From the NCBI GenBank assembly GCA_965204965.1, contig OZ242026.1:1738458-1802457 (forward strand): 64,000 nucleotides of DNA. The letters are read 5' to 3'. Shown here in pieces: positions 17,898-26,084 of this stretch (position 1 is its first letter; each line of letters starts with the position of its first letter). This DNA is from Nitrospirales bacterium. GTDB taxonomy: Bacteria > Nitrospirota > Nitrospiria > Nitrospirales > UBA8639. The translations under genes were made by a program, and so were the position numbers. Under the pieces are notes generated by a model. The model did no database searches and was not told the DNA's origin. It saw only the letters and a list, made by a program, of their open reading frames with translations.

Positions 17898-20039
17898 ATG
17901 CATAAACCATTTACTCTCTTGGCAGTCGTTCTGCTTCTGGGTCTTTTCACAAGCCAGGCGCACGCGCAGGGCACTGAAGAAACCGAAGCCGAGGGACCCC
18001 CTAAAATCAAGATGCGACTCCAACAGGTCACAGTCAGCGCGACTAAAACCGAACGGGATCCGTTGACCACCCCTGGCGAGGTGAACGTCCTGACCCAGGA
18101 ATATTTTCAGCAGCGCCAGGCCCAAAGCCTGGACGACGTCCTGCGCTATGAACCGGGCGTTGATTCGATTTTAGGCCCGCGAACCATGGGAGAGAGCCCG
18201 AATATTCGAGGGCTGTCGGGTGCGCGGGTGCTCACGCTGGTGGATGGTGTCCGGCTCAACTTTCAATCCGGGCACAGAGGCCGCCTCTTTTTGGATATGG
18301 ATCAACTCAAGCAAGTCGAAGTGATTCGCGGACCGGGATCGGCCCTGTACGGCAGCCAGGCCCTGGGCGGGGTCGTCGCCATGGAGACCAAGGACCCCTC
18401 CGACTATCTGGCTCCGGACATGCAGTACGGCATACGACAAAAGCTCGGCTACCAATACGGCAATGAAGAACTGCTCTCCACCACCACCCTATCGGGCTGG
18501 CTCACCGGTCAGATCGAAGTCATGACCGCCAACACCATTCGGGCCTCCGGGGATATTCGACTCGGCGGCGACCTGCCGCGCTTGGCCAATTCCTCGCAAG
18601 ACACCTATGGGAATTTGAGCAAGATCGTCTGGGTACCGACTGCGCACGATCGAGCTGAATTTTCCCTTCAAGCCAATCGACAAACCGCGCGGATCCCCTT
18701 CAGCACCACCTCGACAACCACTTCACCCACATCCATCAGCGACCGTGTGAACCGTACGTTCACGTATCGCTTGGAGTACAAACATAATAATCCGTCGAAT
18801 CCGTATTTGAATCTTCAGGGATTCGCCTATCTCACGACCATGGACATCGACCAAACCGTGATTGCCAATCAGCAAAAAGACCACATCCGTTACGATACCT
18901 TGGGATATGACATACGAAATTCCATGAATTTCGGCAATCCTTCGTCTCATCATCACATCGTGACCATCGGGTCGGAATTTTTCCGGAACTCCCAGGAGGG
19001 GAGAGGGAATCGGATCAGCAGCTTTTCAGGGGCTCCGACGGGAGCCCCGCTGTATTGGCCCACCGCGGAATCGAGCGTCTTCGCCCTGTACGTGCAGGAC
19101 GAGATGACGATCATGGATCGCCTCACCGTGATTCCCGCCCTCCGATGGGATCATTGGGACAACGAGAGGGACGGACAGGAAACCAGATCTTTGGGTGTCC
19201 TCAACCCGAAAATCGGCGCCGTCTATCAGGTCACGGATTTCCTGTATCTTTCGGCGAACTACGCCCATGGATTCCGGCAACCCACGTTCCAGAACCTCTT
19301 TATCTCCGGCACGCACTTTCCGGGTACCGTTTTCGCTCCCAATCCCGACCTGGGCCCGGAACGCAGCCGGAATATCGACTTGGGCGTCCGGGTCAACCTG
19401 CCCAAGATGCTTTCCGATGATGACCGGTTCATTTTCAAGGGAGCGTATTTCAGAAACCAACTCAGAGATTTCATTGCCACGAACACGGTGTGTCCCGATG
19501 GTTCCCCGCCACGGGGGTTCTTCAACCCTTGCACCTCCGGACAGGCCATGACCGTCTACTATAACGTCCAACAGGCCCTGATCCAGGGCTGGGAGGCGGA
19601 ATTCGAATGGCGTGTCAGTGACAGCCTGGTTTTGAACGGGAACTACAGTCAGGCCCACGGGACTGATGAAATATCCAATATGCCATTACCCAACATTCAG
19701 CCGCGACGCGGTCTACTGAGCATCAACTATCTCTACGCGCCGTGGGGATTGTCTCTCGGCGCCCGAACGCAAATGGTGGCCGACATTACCCGAGTGCCGA
19801 TCCCGAGTTTCGGCGATCCAAATACACCCGGAGGCTACGCGATCTTCGATATCTGGGCCATCGTGCAACCCGGCACGGCCCTGTTGCCCGAACTCCCCAA
19901 ATCATGGCTTCAGGGATGGCAGGTAAACCTTGGAGTCGATAACCTGTTCGATCGCGAATATCGTCGAAACTTGTCACCTCTTCAGGAGATGGGGGTCAAT
20001 CCCAAGATACAGGTGTGGTACAACCTTAATCTTCCTTAA
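17898..20039 (+). CDS. TonB-dependent outer-membrane receptor, paralog 2
   Basis: AAGGAGGG SD then ATG at 17898, signal peptide MHKPFTLLAVVLLLGLFTSQAHA, a plug nearly identical to paralog 3, and GFRQPTFQNLFISGTHFPGTVFAPNPDLGPE. Confidence 0.9.
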   Translation: MHKPFTLLAVVLLLGLFTSQAHAQGTEETEAEGPPKIKMRLQQVTVSATKTERDPLTTPGEVNVLTQEYFQQRQAQSLDDVLRYEPGVDSILGPRTMGESPNIRGLSGARVLTLVDGVRLNFQSGHRGRLFLDMDQLKQVEVIRGPGSALYGSQALGGVVAMETKDPSDYLAPDMQYGIRQKLGYQYGNEELLSTTTLSGWLTGQIEVMTANTIRASGDIRLGGDLPRLANSSQDTYGNLSKIVWVPTAHDRAEFSLQANRQTARIPFSTTSTTTSPTSISDRVNRTFTYRLEYKHNNPSNPYLNLQGFAYLTTMDIDQTVIANQQKDHIRYDTLGYDIRNSMNFGNPSSHHHIVTIGSEFFRNSQEGRGNRISSFSGAPTGAPLYWPTAESSVFALYVQDEMTIMDRLTVIPALRWDHWDNERDGQETRSLGVLNPKIGAVYQVTDFLYLSANYAHGFRQPTFQNLFISGTHFPGTVFAPNPDLGPERSRNIDLGVRVNLPKMLSDDDRFIFKGAYFRNQLRDFIATNTVCPDGSPPRGFFNPCTSGQAMTVYYNVQQALIQGWEAEFEWRVSDSLVLNGNYSQAHGTDEISNMPLPNIQPRRGLLSINYLYAPWGLSLGARTQMVADITRVPIPSFGDPNTPGGYAIFDIWAIVQPGTALLPELPKSWLQGWQVNLGVDNLFDREYRRNLSPLQEMGVNPKIQVWYNLNLP

Positions 20040-20104
20040 CGCGCACAGACGGAGACCCGTGACTCTCTGCTACTCCTCCTTTCCCCCCTGCGGGAGTCAC
20101 GTCC

Positions 20105-20136
20105 GAGAGGCCGGTCTTTGCCGGCCTCTCTTTTTT
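20105..20136 (+). terminator. rho-independent terminator after TBDR-2
   Basis: GAGAGGCCGG-TCTTTG-CCGGCCTCTC followed by T6. Confidence 0.8.
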
Positions 20137-20256
20137 CCGGGATCACCAGTCCTACCGTCAGACGCTCGGCCTCGCGCTCAACAACGTTCGACTCGGCACG
20201 TCCCGTTGAATACGCCCTACAACCCTTTGGGGCGAAGAATTATCCCTGAAGCGCTA

Positions 20257-20354
20257 TTTTCCGGCAGATCGACATGCTTTTCCGGTCTCCGAACATTTCC
20301 ATACAGCTGGGTTTATGATTATCATTTGATATTGGTTATGCATGTCAAGATCAG
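20257..20354 (+). promoter_or_regulatory. composite regulatory module U3 upstream of TBDR-3
   Basis: TTTTCCGGCAGATCGACATG | CTTTTCCGGTCTCCGAACATT at 20257-20297. CGAACA, an 18-nt spacer, then TATGAT. Fur-box-like TGATTATCATTTGATATTGGTTATGC follows. Confidence 0.6.
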
Positions 20355-20424
20355 TATATGAAGGCCTCTTGCACCTTTTGAGATCAACTCCCGTCACTCA
20401 TCATCGCTAATCAAGGAGGGCTCC

Positions 20425-22521
20425 ATGCATAAACCACTTACTTGCCTGGCAGTCCTTCTGCTTATGGGGTTTTTTACAGGCCAGGCGCAGGCGCGGGACA
20501 CTGAAGAGGCCGAAGCCGAGGGGCCCCCTAAAATCAAGATGCGGCTCCAACAGGTCACGGTCAGCGCGACCAAAACCGAACGGGATCCGTTGACCACCCC
20601 TGGCGAAGTGAGCGTCCTGACCCAGGAATATTTTCAACAACGCCAGGCCCAAAGCCTGGACGACGTCCTGCGCTATGAACCGGGCGTTGATTCACGGATA
20701 GGCCCCAGAAACATGGGTGAGGGTCCGAATATTCGAGGATTGCAGCGTGCGCGGGTCCTGACGCTGCTGGACGGCGTCAGACTCAACTTTCAGGCCGGGC
20801 ACAAAGGCCGCATCTTTATTGACATGGATCAACTCAAACAAGTGGAGGTGGTTCGCGGTCCGAACTCGGCCTTGTACGGCAGCCAAGCGCTGGGGGGTGT
20901 CGTGGCCATGGTGACCAAAGACCCTTCCGATTATCTGGCCCCGGACATGCAGTACGGCATCCGTGAAAAATTCGGTTACCAGTACGTCAATGAGGAACTG
21001 CTGTCCACCACCACCTTATCAGCCCGCCTCACCAAGAACGTGGAATTCATGGCCAGTGGGACCTACCGGGCCGGCGAGAATATTCGACTCGGCGGCGACT
21101 TGCCGCGTTTGGCCAACTCCGCCCAGGACACCGCAGCCGGATTGACCAAACTAGTGTGGAAACCGACGCCGTATGACGAAGCCAAATTGTCCATTCAAGC
21201 CACTCGCCAGGCCGCGCGCATTCCCTTCAATACCAACTCCGGAACCTCCTCAACGAGGTCCATCTCCGACCGCGAGAACCGTCAAGTCACGTACCGCTTG
21301 GGTTATGCCCATCATAATCCGGCCAATCCGTATTTGAACCTCCGGGGGTTCGTGTATCTGACGACGCTGGACATCACGGAAATCCAGCTTTCCAATCAGG
21401 CAAGGGACGATATCACTTTCGACACGTTCGGGTATGATCTCAGAAATTCCATGAACTTCGGCAATCCTTCATCGAACCATCACATCGTGACCTTCGGATC
21501 CGAATTTTACCGGAACAGCCAAACGGGTGACGGAAGTCGCACAACCTCTTCCGGAGGACTCACGGGAGCCCGGGTGTTTTATCCCGATGCGGACTCTGAC
21601 GTTTTCGCCCTGTACCTGCAGGATGAGATCACCATCATGAATCGCCTCAACCTCATCCCCGCCTTGCGCTGGGATCATTGGAAAAATACGGCGCCGGACC
21701 AAGACGCCCAATCCGTGGGTGTCCTCAACCCGAAAATCGGCGCGGTGTTTCAAGTGACAGACTCTCTGTTCCTGACGGCAAACTATGCCCATGGTTTCCG
21801 GCAACCGACGTTTGCCCAGCTCTTTATCTCCGGCACGCATGCCGCGGGAAGCATTTTTGTTCCGAATCCCGACCTGAGTCCGGAACGGAGCCGGAACATC
21901 GACGTGGGATTCCGGGTGAAATTGCCAAAGATGCTCTTCAACCAGGATCGATTCATTTTCAAGGGAGCCTACTTCAGAAACCAGATCAGGGACTACATTG
22001 CCCTGTTCCGCTATGGACCGAGAAACATCAACAGAACCTACCGGAACATCGGAAATGCCATGATCCATGGCATGGAGGCGGAATTCGAATGGCGCGTCCT
22101 TCAGAACCTCGCCCTGCGCGGTAACTACAGCCTGGCGCACGGCACGGATGAAACCCTGGATAATCCACTGCCGGACATTACGCCTCAACGTGGGGTCTTG
22201 GGCATCGATTATCTGCACCAGCCTTGGGGATTGACCATGGGCGGCCGCACTCAAATGGTCGGCAACCAGGAACGCGTGCCGAGACCGGCGCGGGGCTCCA
22301 GACAGAGAACCGGCGGCTTTGTCATCTTCGATATCTACGCCACGGTGCAACCCGCCCGGGCGTTGCTCCCCGAACTTCCAAAATCATGGTTGCAAGGGTT
22401 TCAACTCAACATCGGCGTCGACAACCTAACGGATCGAAAGTACCGCCGGCATCTGTCATCCCTTCCCGAAGCCGGGGTCAATCCCAAGATATCGTTTTGG
22501 TACTCCATTAACTTTCCCTGA
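20425..22521 (+). CDS. TonB-dependent outer-membrane receptor, paralog 3
   Basis: Signal peptide MHKPLTCLAVLLLMGFFTGQAQA, plug domain, GFRQPTFAQLFISGTHAAGSIFVPNPDLSPE, and a C-terminal ...FWYSINFP. Confidence 0.9.
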   Translation: MHKPLTCLAVLLLMGFFTGQAQARDTEEAEAEGPPKIKMRLQQVTVSATKTERDPLTTPGEVSVLTQEYFQQRQAQSLDDVLRYEPGVDSRIGPRNMGEGPNIRGLQRARVLTLLDGVRLNFQAGHKGRIFIDMDQLKQVEVVRGPNSALYGSQALGGVVAMVTKDPSDYLAPDMQYGIREKFGYQYVNEELLSTTTLSARLTKNVEFMASGTYRAGENIRLGGDLPRLANSAQDTAAGLTKLVWKPTPYDEAKLSIQATRQAARIPFNTNSGTSSTRSISDRENRQVTYRLGYAHHNPANPYLNLRGFVYLTTLDITEIQLSNQARDDITFDTFGYDLRNSMNFGNPSSNHHIVTFGSEFYRNSQTGDGSRTTSSGGLTGARVFYPDADSDVFALYLQDEITIMNRLNLIPALRWDHWKNTAPDQDAQSVGVLNPKIGAVFQVTDSLFLTANYAHGFRQPTFAQLFISGTHAAGSIFVPNPDLSPERSRNIDVGFRVKLPKMLFNQDRFIFKGAYFRNQIRDYIALFRYGPRNINRTYRNIGNAMIHGMEAEFEWRVLQNLALRGNYSLAHGTDETLDNPLPDITPQRGVLGIDYLHQPWGLTMGGRTQMVGNQERVPRPARGSRQRTGGFVIFDIYATVQPARALLPELPKSWLQGFQLNIGVDNLTDRKYRRHLSSLPEAGVNPKISFWYSINFP

Positions 22522-22590
22522 AATGACGCATCCGATACGTGACTCTCTGCGATACTCCTCCTATCTTCCCCCTACGCAGAAGTCACTCTC

Positions 22591-22622
22591 GAGAGGCCGA
22601 CCCACGTCGGCCTCTCTTTTTT
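22591..22622 (+). terminator. rho-independent terminator after TBDR-3
   Basis: GAGAGGCCGA-CCCAC-GTCGGCCTCTC followed by T6. Confidence 0.8.
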
Positions 22623-22754
22623 CTGAACAGTTGGCGAATCGGCAGGTGCAATGTCATGGGTGAATCTGCAAGAATTCGCCACCCAACTACTTCCACCAAA
22701 TTTCACAAGGCTGCTGACGGAATTTAAATTTTTACAATTATCCCTTTTTCCCCA

Positions 22755-24032
22755 ATGAGCACGCTGATTCTGCTCCTGTTCGCCATTCATTCCCTTGCCG
22801 GCATTGCCTATGAGGTGGTGTGGATCAAACTGTTGACCGCCTCCATCGGCATGACGGTGACCGCCTTCGGCGTCGTCCTGGCCACGTTCATGGCCGGGTT
22901 GGGCCTCGGCAGTTACGTCATCGCCCGATGGAAGGACACCTCCGAGGACCATCTCAACAGTCGCGCTACCTATCGCCTCGTCGCTCTCTTGCAAACCCTG
23001 ATGGGTCTCCTGGGAATTGCGTTTCCTCTCCTTCTCAACTGGGGTGACCACCTCTACGTGCTGGTCGCACCCGAAACCGAAGGGGTCCGGCACCTTTTGG
23101 TCAGAGGACTCTACGTCGGCTTACTCCTCCTGCCCGTCACCACCTTGCACGGCATGAACTTTCCTATCCTGGCCTCCTTGCTCACACGATGCTTCACCCG
23201 TTCGCGCACGACCAAACCCTGCCTGCTTTACTGCGTCGGGCTCCTAGCCTCAGGATTGGGAGCGCTCACGTCGCTCGCCCTGATTCCCGCACTGGGGTTG
23301 CAGGGAACGTCGCTGGCCCTCGGGACGACGAACCTCATCCTCGCCGTAGCCGCTTTTCTCGCAGGTCAACGGGCATCCGACACGACTCATCCGACGAAGG
23401 AAGAGACGCCCCTTCCTCCTCGGACACGTGGCACCCGGAACGCTGCGACACCCACGCCATTGTCCTTATCCAGCCTGCAAGCACTTGGCGCGGTCGTCGG
23501 ATTTCTCGTGATTTCGCTGGAGATTATCGGCGCACAATACGTCTGGCTCATCGTCAACGTCACCGCCTATGCCGAAGGCATCCTCTTAACCACGGTGTTG
23601 TTCATGATGGGACTCGGTTCCGGTCTGTACCTGGTTCTCAGGGAACGGGTACGAGACCGGTTCGTGCCGTTCACGTGGGGGCTTTTCATCGCCCTCATCG
23701 CCCAACTCACGGTCTTGCCCATTGCGGGTGACATTGCCGCCCTATTTGATCGCACCTTCCAGAAACTGGACCCGCACGAGCTGACGGTCGTACAGTTCCT
23801 GATCGGCGACGGGCTGCTGGCCCTGACGATTCTCGGTGTGCCGATGTTCGGATTGGGCATGGCTTTTTGCAGCCTCTGTGACCTTGCGACCTCACCGCTG
23901 CCCGATCAACCGCAAAAGGCCGTTATTTCTCCCTTGGGACGGTTATATGCCTGGCATAATTGGGGCGCTTTGATCGGAGCCGTACTCACGACCTTCGGGT
24001 TGCTCATCCTCTTGGGGCTGACTCATACATAG
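22755..24032 (+). CDS. polytopic membrane domain of a fused membrane/spermidine-synthase-like protein (ends at an in-frame TAG)
   Basis: A 425-aa multi-TM protein beginning MSTLILLLFAIHSLAGIAYEVVWIKLLTASIG, typical of the N-terminal part of fused MFS-like/PABS proteins. The next ORF is in the same frame, separated only by TAG plus one codon. Confidence 0.7.
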   Translation: MSTLILLLFAIHSLAGIAYEVVWIKLLTASIGMTVTAFGVVLATFMAGLGLGSYVIARWKDTSEDHLNSRATYRLVALLQTLMGLLGIAFPLLLNWGDHLYVLVAPETEGVRHLLVRGLYVGLLLLPVTTLHGMNFPILASLLTRCFTRSRTTKPCLLYCVGLLASGLGALTSLALIPALGLQGTSLALGTTNLILAVAAFLAGQRASDTTHPTKEETPLPPRTRGTRNAATPTPLSLSSLQALGAVVGFLVISLEIIGAQYVWLIVNVTAYAEGILLTTVLFMMGLGSGLYLVLRERVRDRFVPFTWGLFIALIAQLTVLPIAGDIAALFDRTFQKLDPHELTVVQFLIGDGLLALTILGVPMFGLGMAFCSLCDLATSPLPDQPQKAVISPLGRLYAWHNWGALIGAVLTTFGLLILLGLTHT

Positions 24033-24035
24033 CTT

Positions 24036-25829
24036 TTGCTCTCAACCTGTCTGGTCGGTACGCTCGCATTCCTTGTGTGGCGACTTCCCCCGTCATCCGT
24101 GAAAGGCAAGCCCGGGCAACGCCCTGCCGGGATTCCAGGCCTATGGGGCAAAGGGCTCGCCTTCCTGTTTCTTCTTGGCATCCTTGCCTGGCTTGCAACT
24201 GACGCGGACCTTACCTTCCGGCACGCGGCCGCCGGGGATTCCCAGCAAGTGCTCTACCATCGTGAAGACGCCTTGGGCGTCACGGAGGTCTATGAAGACA
24301 AAGCGACCCTGGCCCGCAAGCTGCTTACCAGCCGGCTGCGACAGGAAGGAGGCAGCGCCCCCAAAGAAATCCGCGTACAACGTATTCAAGGCTATTTGCC
24401 GCTTTTCCTGCATCCCGACCCCCGGCGGGTGCTCGTGGTGGGACTAGGCACAGGTATCACTCTTTCACCAACCTTGCGCCAAGAAGTCGAAGAAGTCACC
24501 GTCATCGAAATTTCTCCGGGTGTTATTGAAGCAGCGAAACGCTTCTTTGCCGAAGCGAACGCCAAGGTTCTCGAGCACCCCAAGGTCCGTATCGTGGAAC
24601 AGGACGGTCGCAATTTTATCAGATTGACGCACAACACCTACGACCTCATCGTGCAAGAACTGTTTTTCCCCTACCAGACCGGAGTCGGCAGCTTGTATAC
24701 CCAGGAACATTACCGGACCTGTCGTGCCAAATTGGCTCCCGGCGGTCTCATGGCCCAATGGATCACTATCAACCAGTTGAGCACAACCGATTTGCGTACA
24801 TTGGTCCGAACTTTTCAATCCGTATTCCCGGCAACCTCACTGTGGTTGAATGGCGGATACCTGTTGATTCTGGGTGGACTCGATCCTCTCCACGTTTCCC
24901 TGGAACGTTTCCTGGAACGCTACGAGACCCGAGATCCAATAGGCGGCATGTCCGGGCTCGATTCAGACCCCTATAACTTGCTGGGCCTGTTCGTCAGCCA
25001 TGGCCCGGCCCTTCGGGAATGGACGCAGGATGCGCCGCTGAATACCGATGACAACCGCTTCATCGAATACTCGACGCCCCTGGCCTTCAATGCATTGAAT
25101 ACGGTAACCCTGGCGGCGGAGACGCTCACGAGCCTCCTGCCCCACTTTCGTCCTCTCACCGACGTTGTCTACGTCGCCCCATTTTCGAACGACGACTCGC
25201 GCGATCGATTGGCGCGGGTCTCCACCGCGTCGCAACTCCTGACGAAAGGCATCGTGGCACGTGCGGAAAATCGCATGAAGGAGGCCATCGAACTGTATTC
25301 ACAAGCCTGGGAACTTCAGCCGTCGAATTATCAAACCCGAATTTTTCTGGAACAGACCTGGGCAGCCGAAGGGCACGCACGAGTCCTGGAAGAGCAATAC
25401 GACGCCGCCATCCCCTGGTTGCAGAAGGCCCTTACGGTCAACGCACGGAACCTCAACGTGAGATTCGACCTGGCCTTGAGTCAAGCGCGACAGGGCAACA
25501 ACCAGGCGGCGGCGGATTTCTATGAATCCATCATTCGTCTGGACCCCGGGTGGCCCCAGATTTCATCCGTCTGGTTCAACTTGGGGTTAACCCGCTATCA
25601 CATGGGACTCTATCACTCCGCGGCAACGTTGTTCCGCGAAGCGCTCGATCGAGAACCCGCGTCGACGGCCGCTCGATTCAATCTGGCCAATAGCCTGGCC
25701 CAGGCCGGTAAATTTCAGGAAGCCGTCACGCAGTATCAAGAGATCCTGAAAGCCACGCCCGAGCATCAGGACGCCCGGGCGAATCTCAAGGAAATCCTCG
25801 CCTGGATGGAACGAAGTGACGAGAGGTGA
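24036..25829 (+). CDS. spermidine-synthase-like (PABS/SAM-MTase fold) domain plus C-terminal TPR repeats
   Basis: Two more TM segments, then VLVVGLGTGITLS...VTVIEISPGVIEAAKRFF...IVEQDGRNFI...YDLIVQELFFP (PABS-like), then TPR-like repeats (AIELYSQAWELQPSNYQ..., AVTQYQEILKATPEHQDA). A TTG start is implied only by the ORF caller. Confidence 0.7.
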   Translation: MLSTCLVGTLAFLVWRLPPSSVKGKPGQRPAGIPGLWGKGLAFLFLLGILAWLATDADLTFRHAAAGDSQQVLYHREDALGVTEVYEDKATLARKLLTSRLRQEGGSAPKEIRVQRIQGYLPLFLHPDPRRVLVVGLGTGITLSPTLRQEVEEVTVIEISPGVIEAAKRFFAEANAKVLEHPKVRIVEQDGRNFIRLTHNTYDLIVQELFFPYQTGVGSLYTQEHYRTCRAKLAPGGLMAQWITINQLSTTDLRTLVRTFQSVFPATSLWLNGGYLLILGGLDPLHVSLERFLERYETRDPIGGMSGLDSDPYNLLGLFVSHGPALREWTQDAPLNTDDNRFIEYSTPLAFNALNTVTLAAETLTSLLPHFRPLTDVVYVAPFSNDDSRDRLARVSTASQLLTKGIVARAENRMKEAIELYSQAWELQPSNYQTRIFLEQTWAAEGHARVLEEQYDAAIPWLQKALTVNARNLNVRFDLALSQARQGNNQAAADFYESIIRLDPGWPQISSVWFNLGLTRYHMGLYHSAATLFREALDREPASTAARFNLANSLAQAGKFQEAVTQYQEILKATPEHQDARANLKEILAWMERSDER

Positions 25830-25913
25830 GTGAAGAGAGCCGGCGCCTGTCCGGCATGCCCGCGCCTGCCCAGACTCCGATTCGGGCGGCGATCCAGCGT
25901 TCCGTTTTGGCCC

Positions 25914-25950
25914 GTCACCCCCGACCCTGATCGGGGATCCAGCGTCTTTT
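25914..25950. repeat. short palindromic element GTCACCCCCGACCCTGATCGGGGATCCAGCGTCTTTT
   Basis: Stem CCCCGA/TCGGGG at 25919-25936. A more degenerate copy sits just upstream (about 25873-25908), sharing GATCCAGCGT. Confidence 0.5.
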
Positions 25951-25970
25951 ACTTCGCAAAGGAAAATCTA

Positions 25971-26075
25971 CAACCGGTTATCGGACATCCTTTTCCGGCA
26001 AATGAACATGTACGTCCGTTGCCGCAAACTGCTATCATCTAAAACTTGATATTGATTCCTTATTTCAATATTAAG
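25971..26075 (+). promoter_or_regulatory. composite regulatory module D upstream of the CbiX-like gene
   Basis: CAACCGGTTATCGGACATC | CTTTTCCGGCAAATGAACATG at 25971-26010. AT block GCTATCATCTAAAACTTGATATTGATTCCTTATTTCAATATTAAG at 26031-26075, containing the inverted repeat ATATTGA...TCAATAT. Confidence 0.55.
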
Positions 26076-26084
26076 TAGGCTACC

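Noticed and set aside
19930-20361. 143-aa ORF (and 22539..22727) covering receptor 3' UTR, terminator and promoter module, with peptides conserved between copies
   Set aside because: The conservation reflects duplicated non-coding DNA (hairpin, terminator, regulatory repeats). The ORF runs through a strong terminator.
16510-22350. Long - strand ORFs inside the three receptor genes (16510..17124, 19026..19658, 21469..22350)
   Set aside because: They are antisense shadows that recur at equivalent positions in each paralog simply because the DNA is duplicated. They have no motifs.
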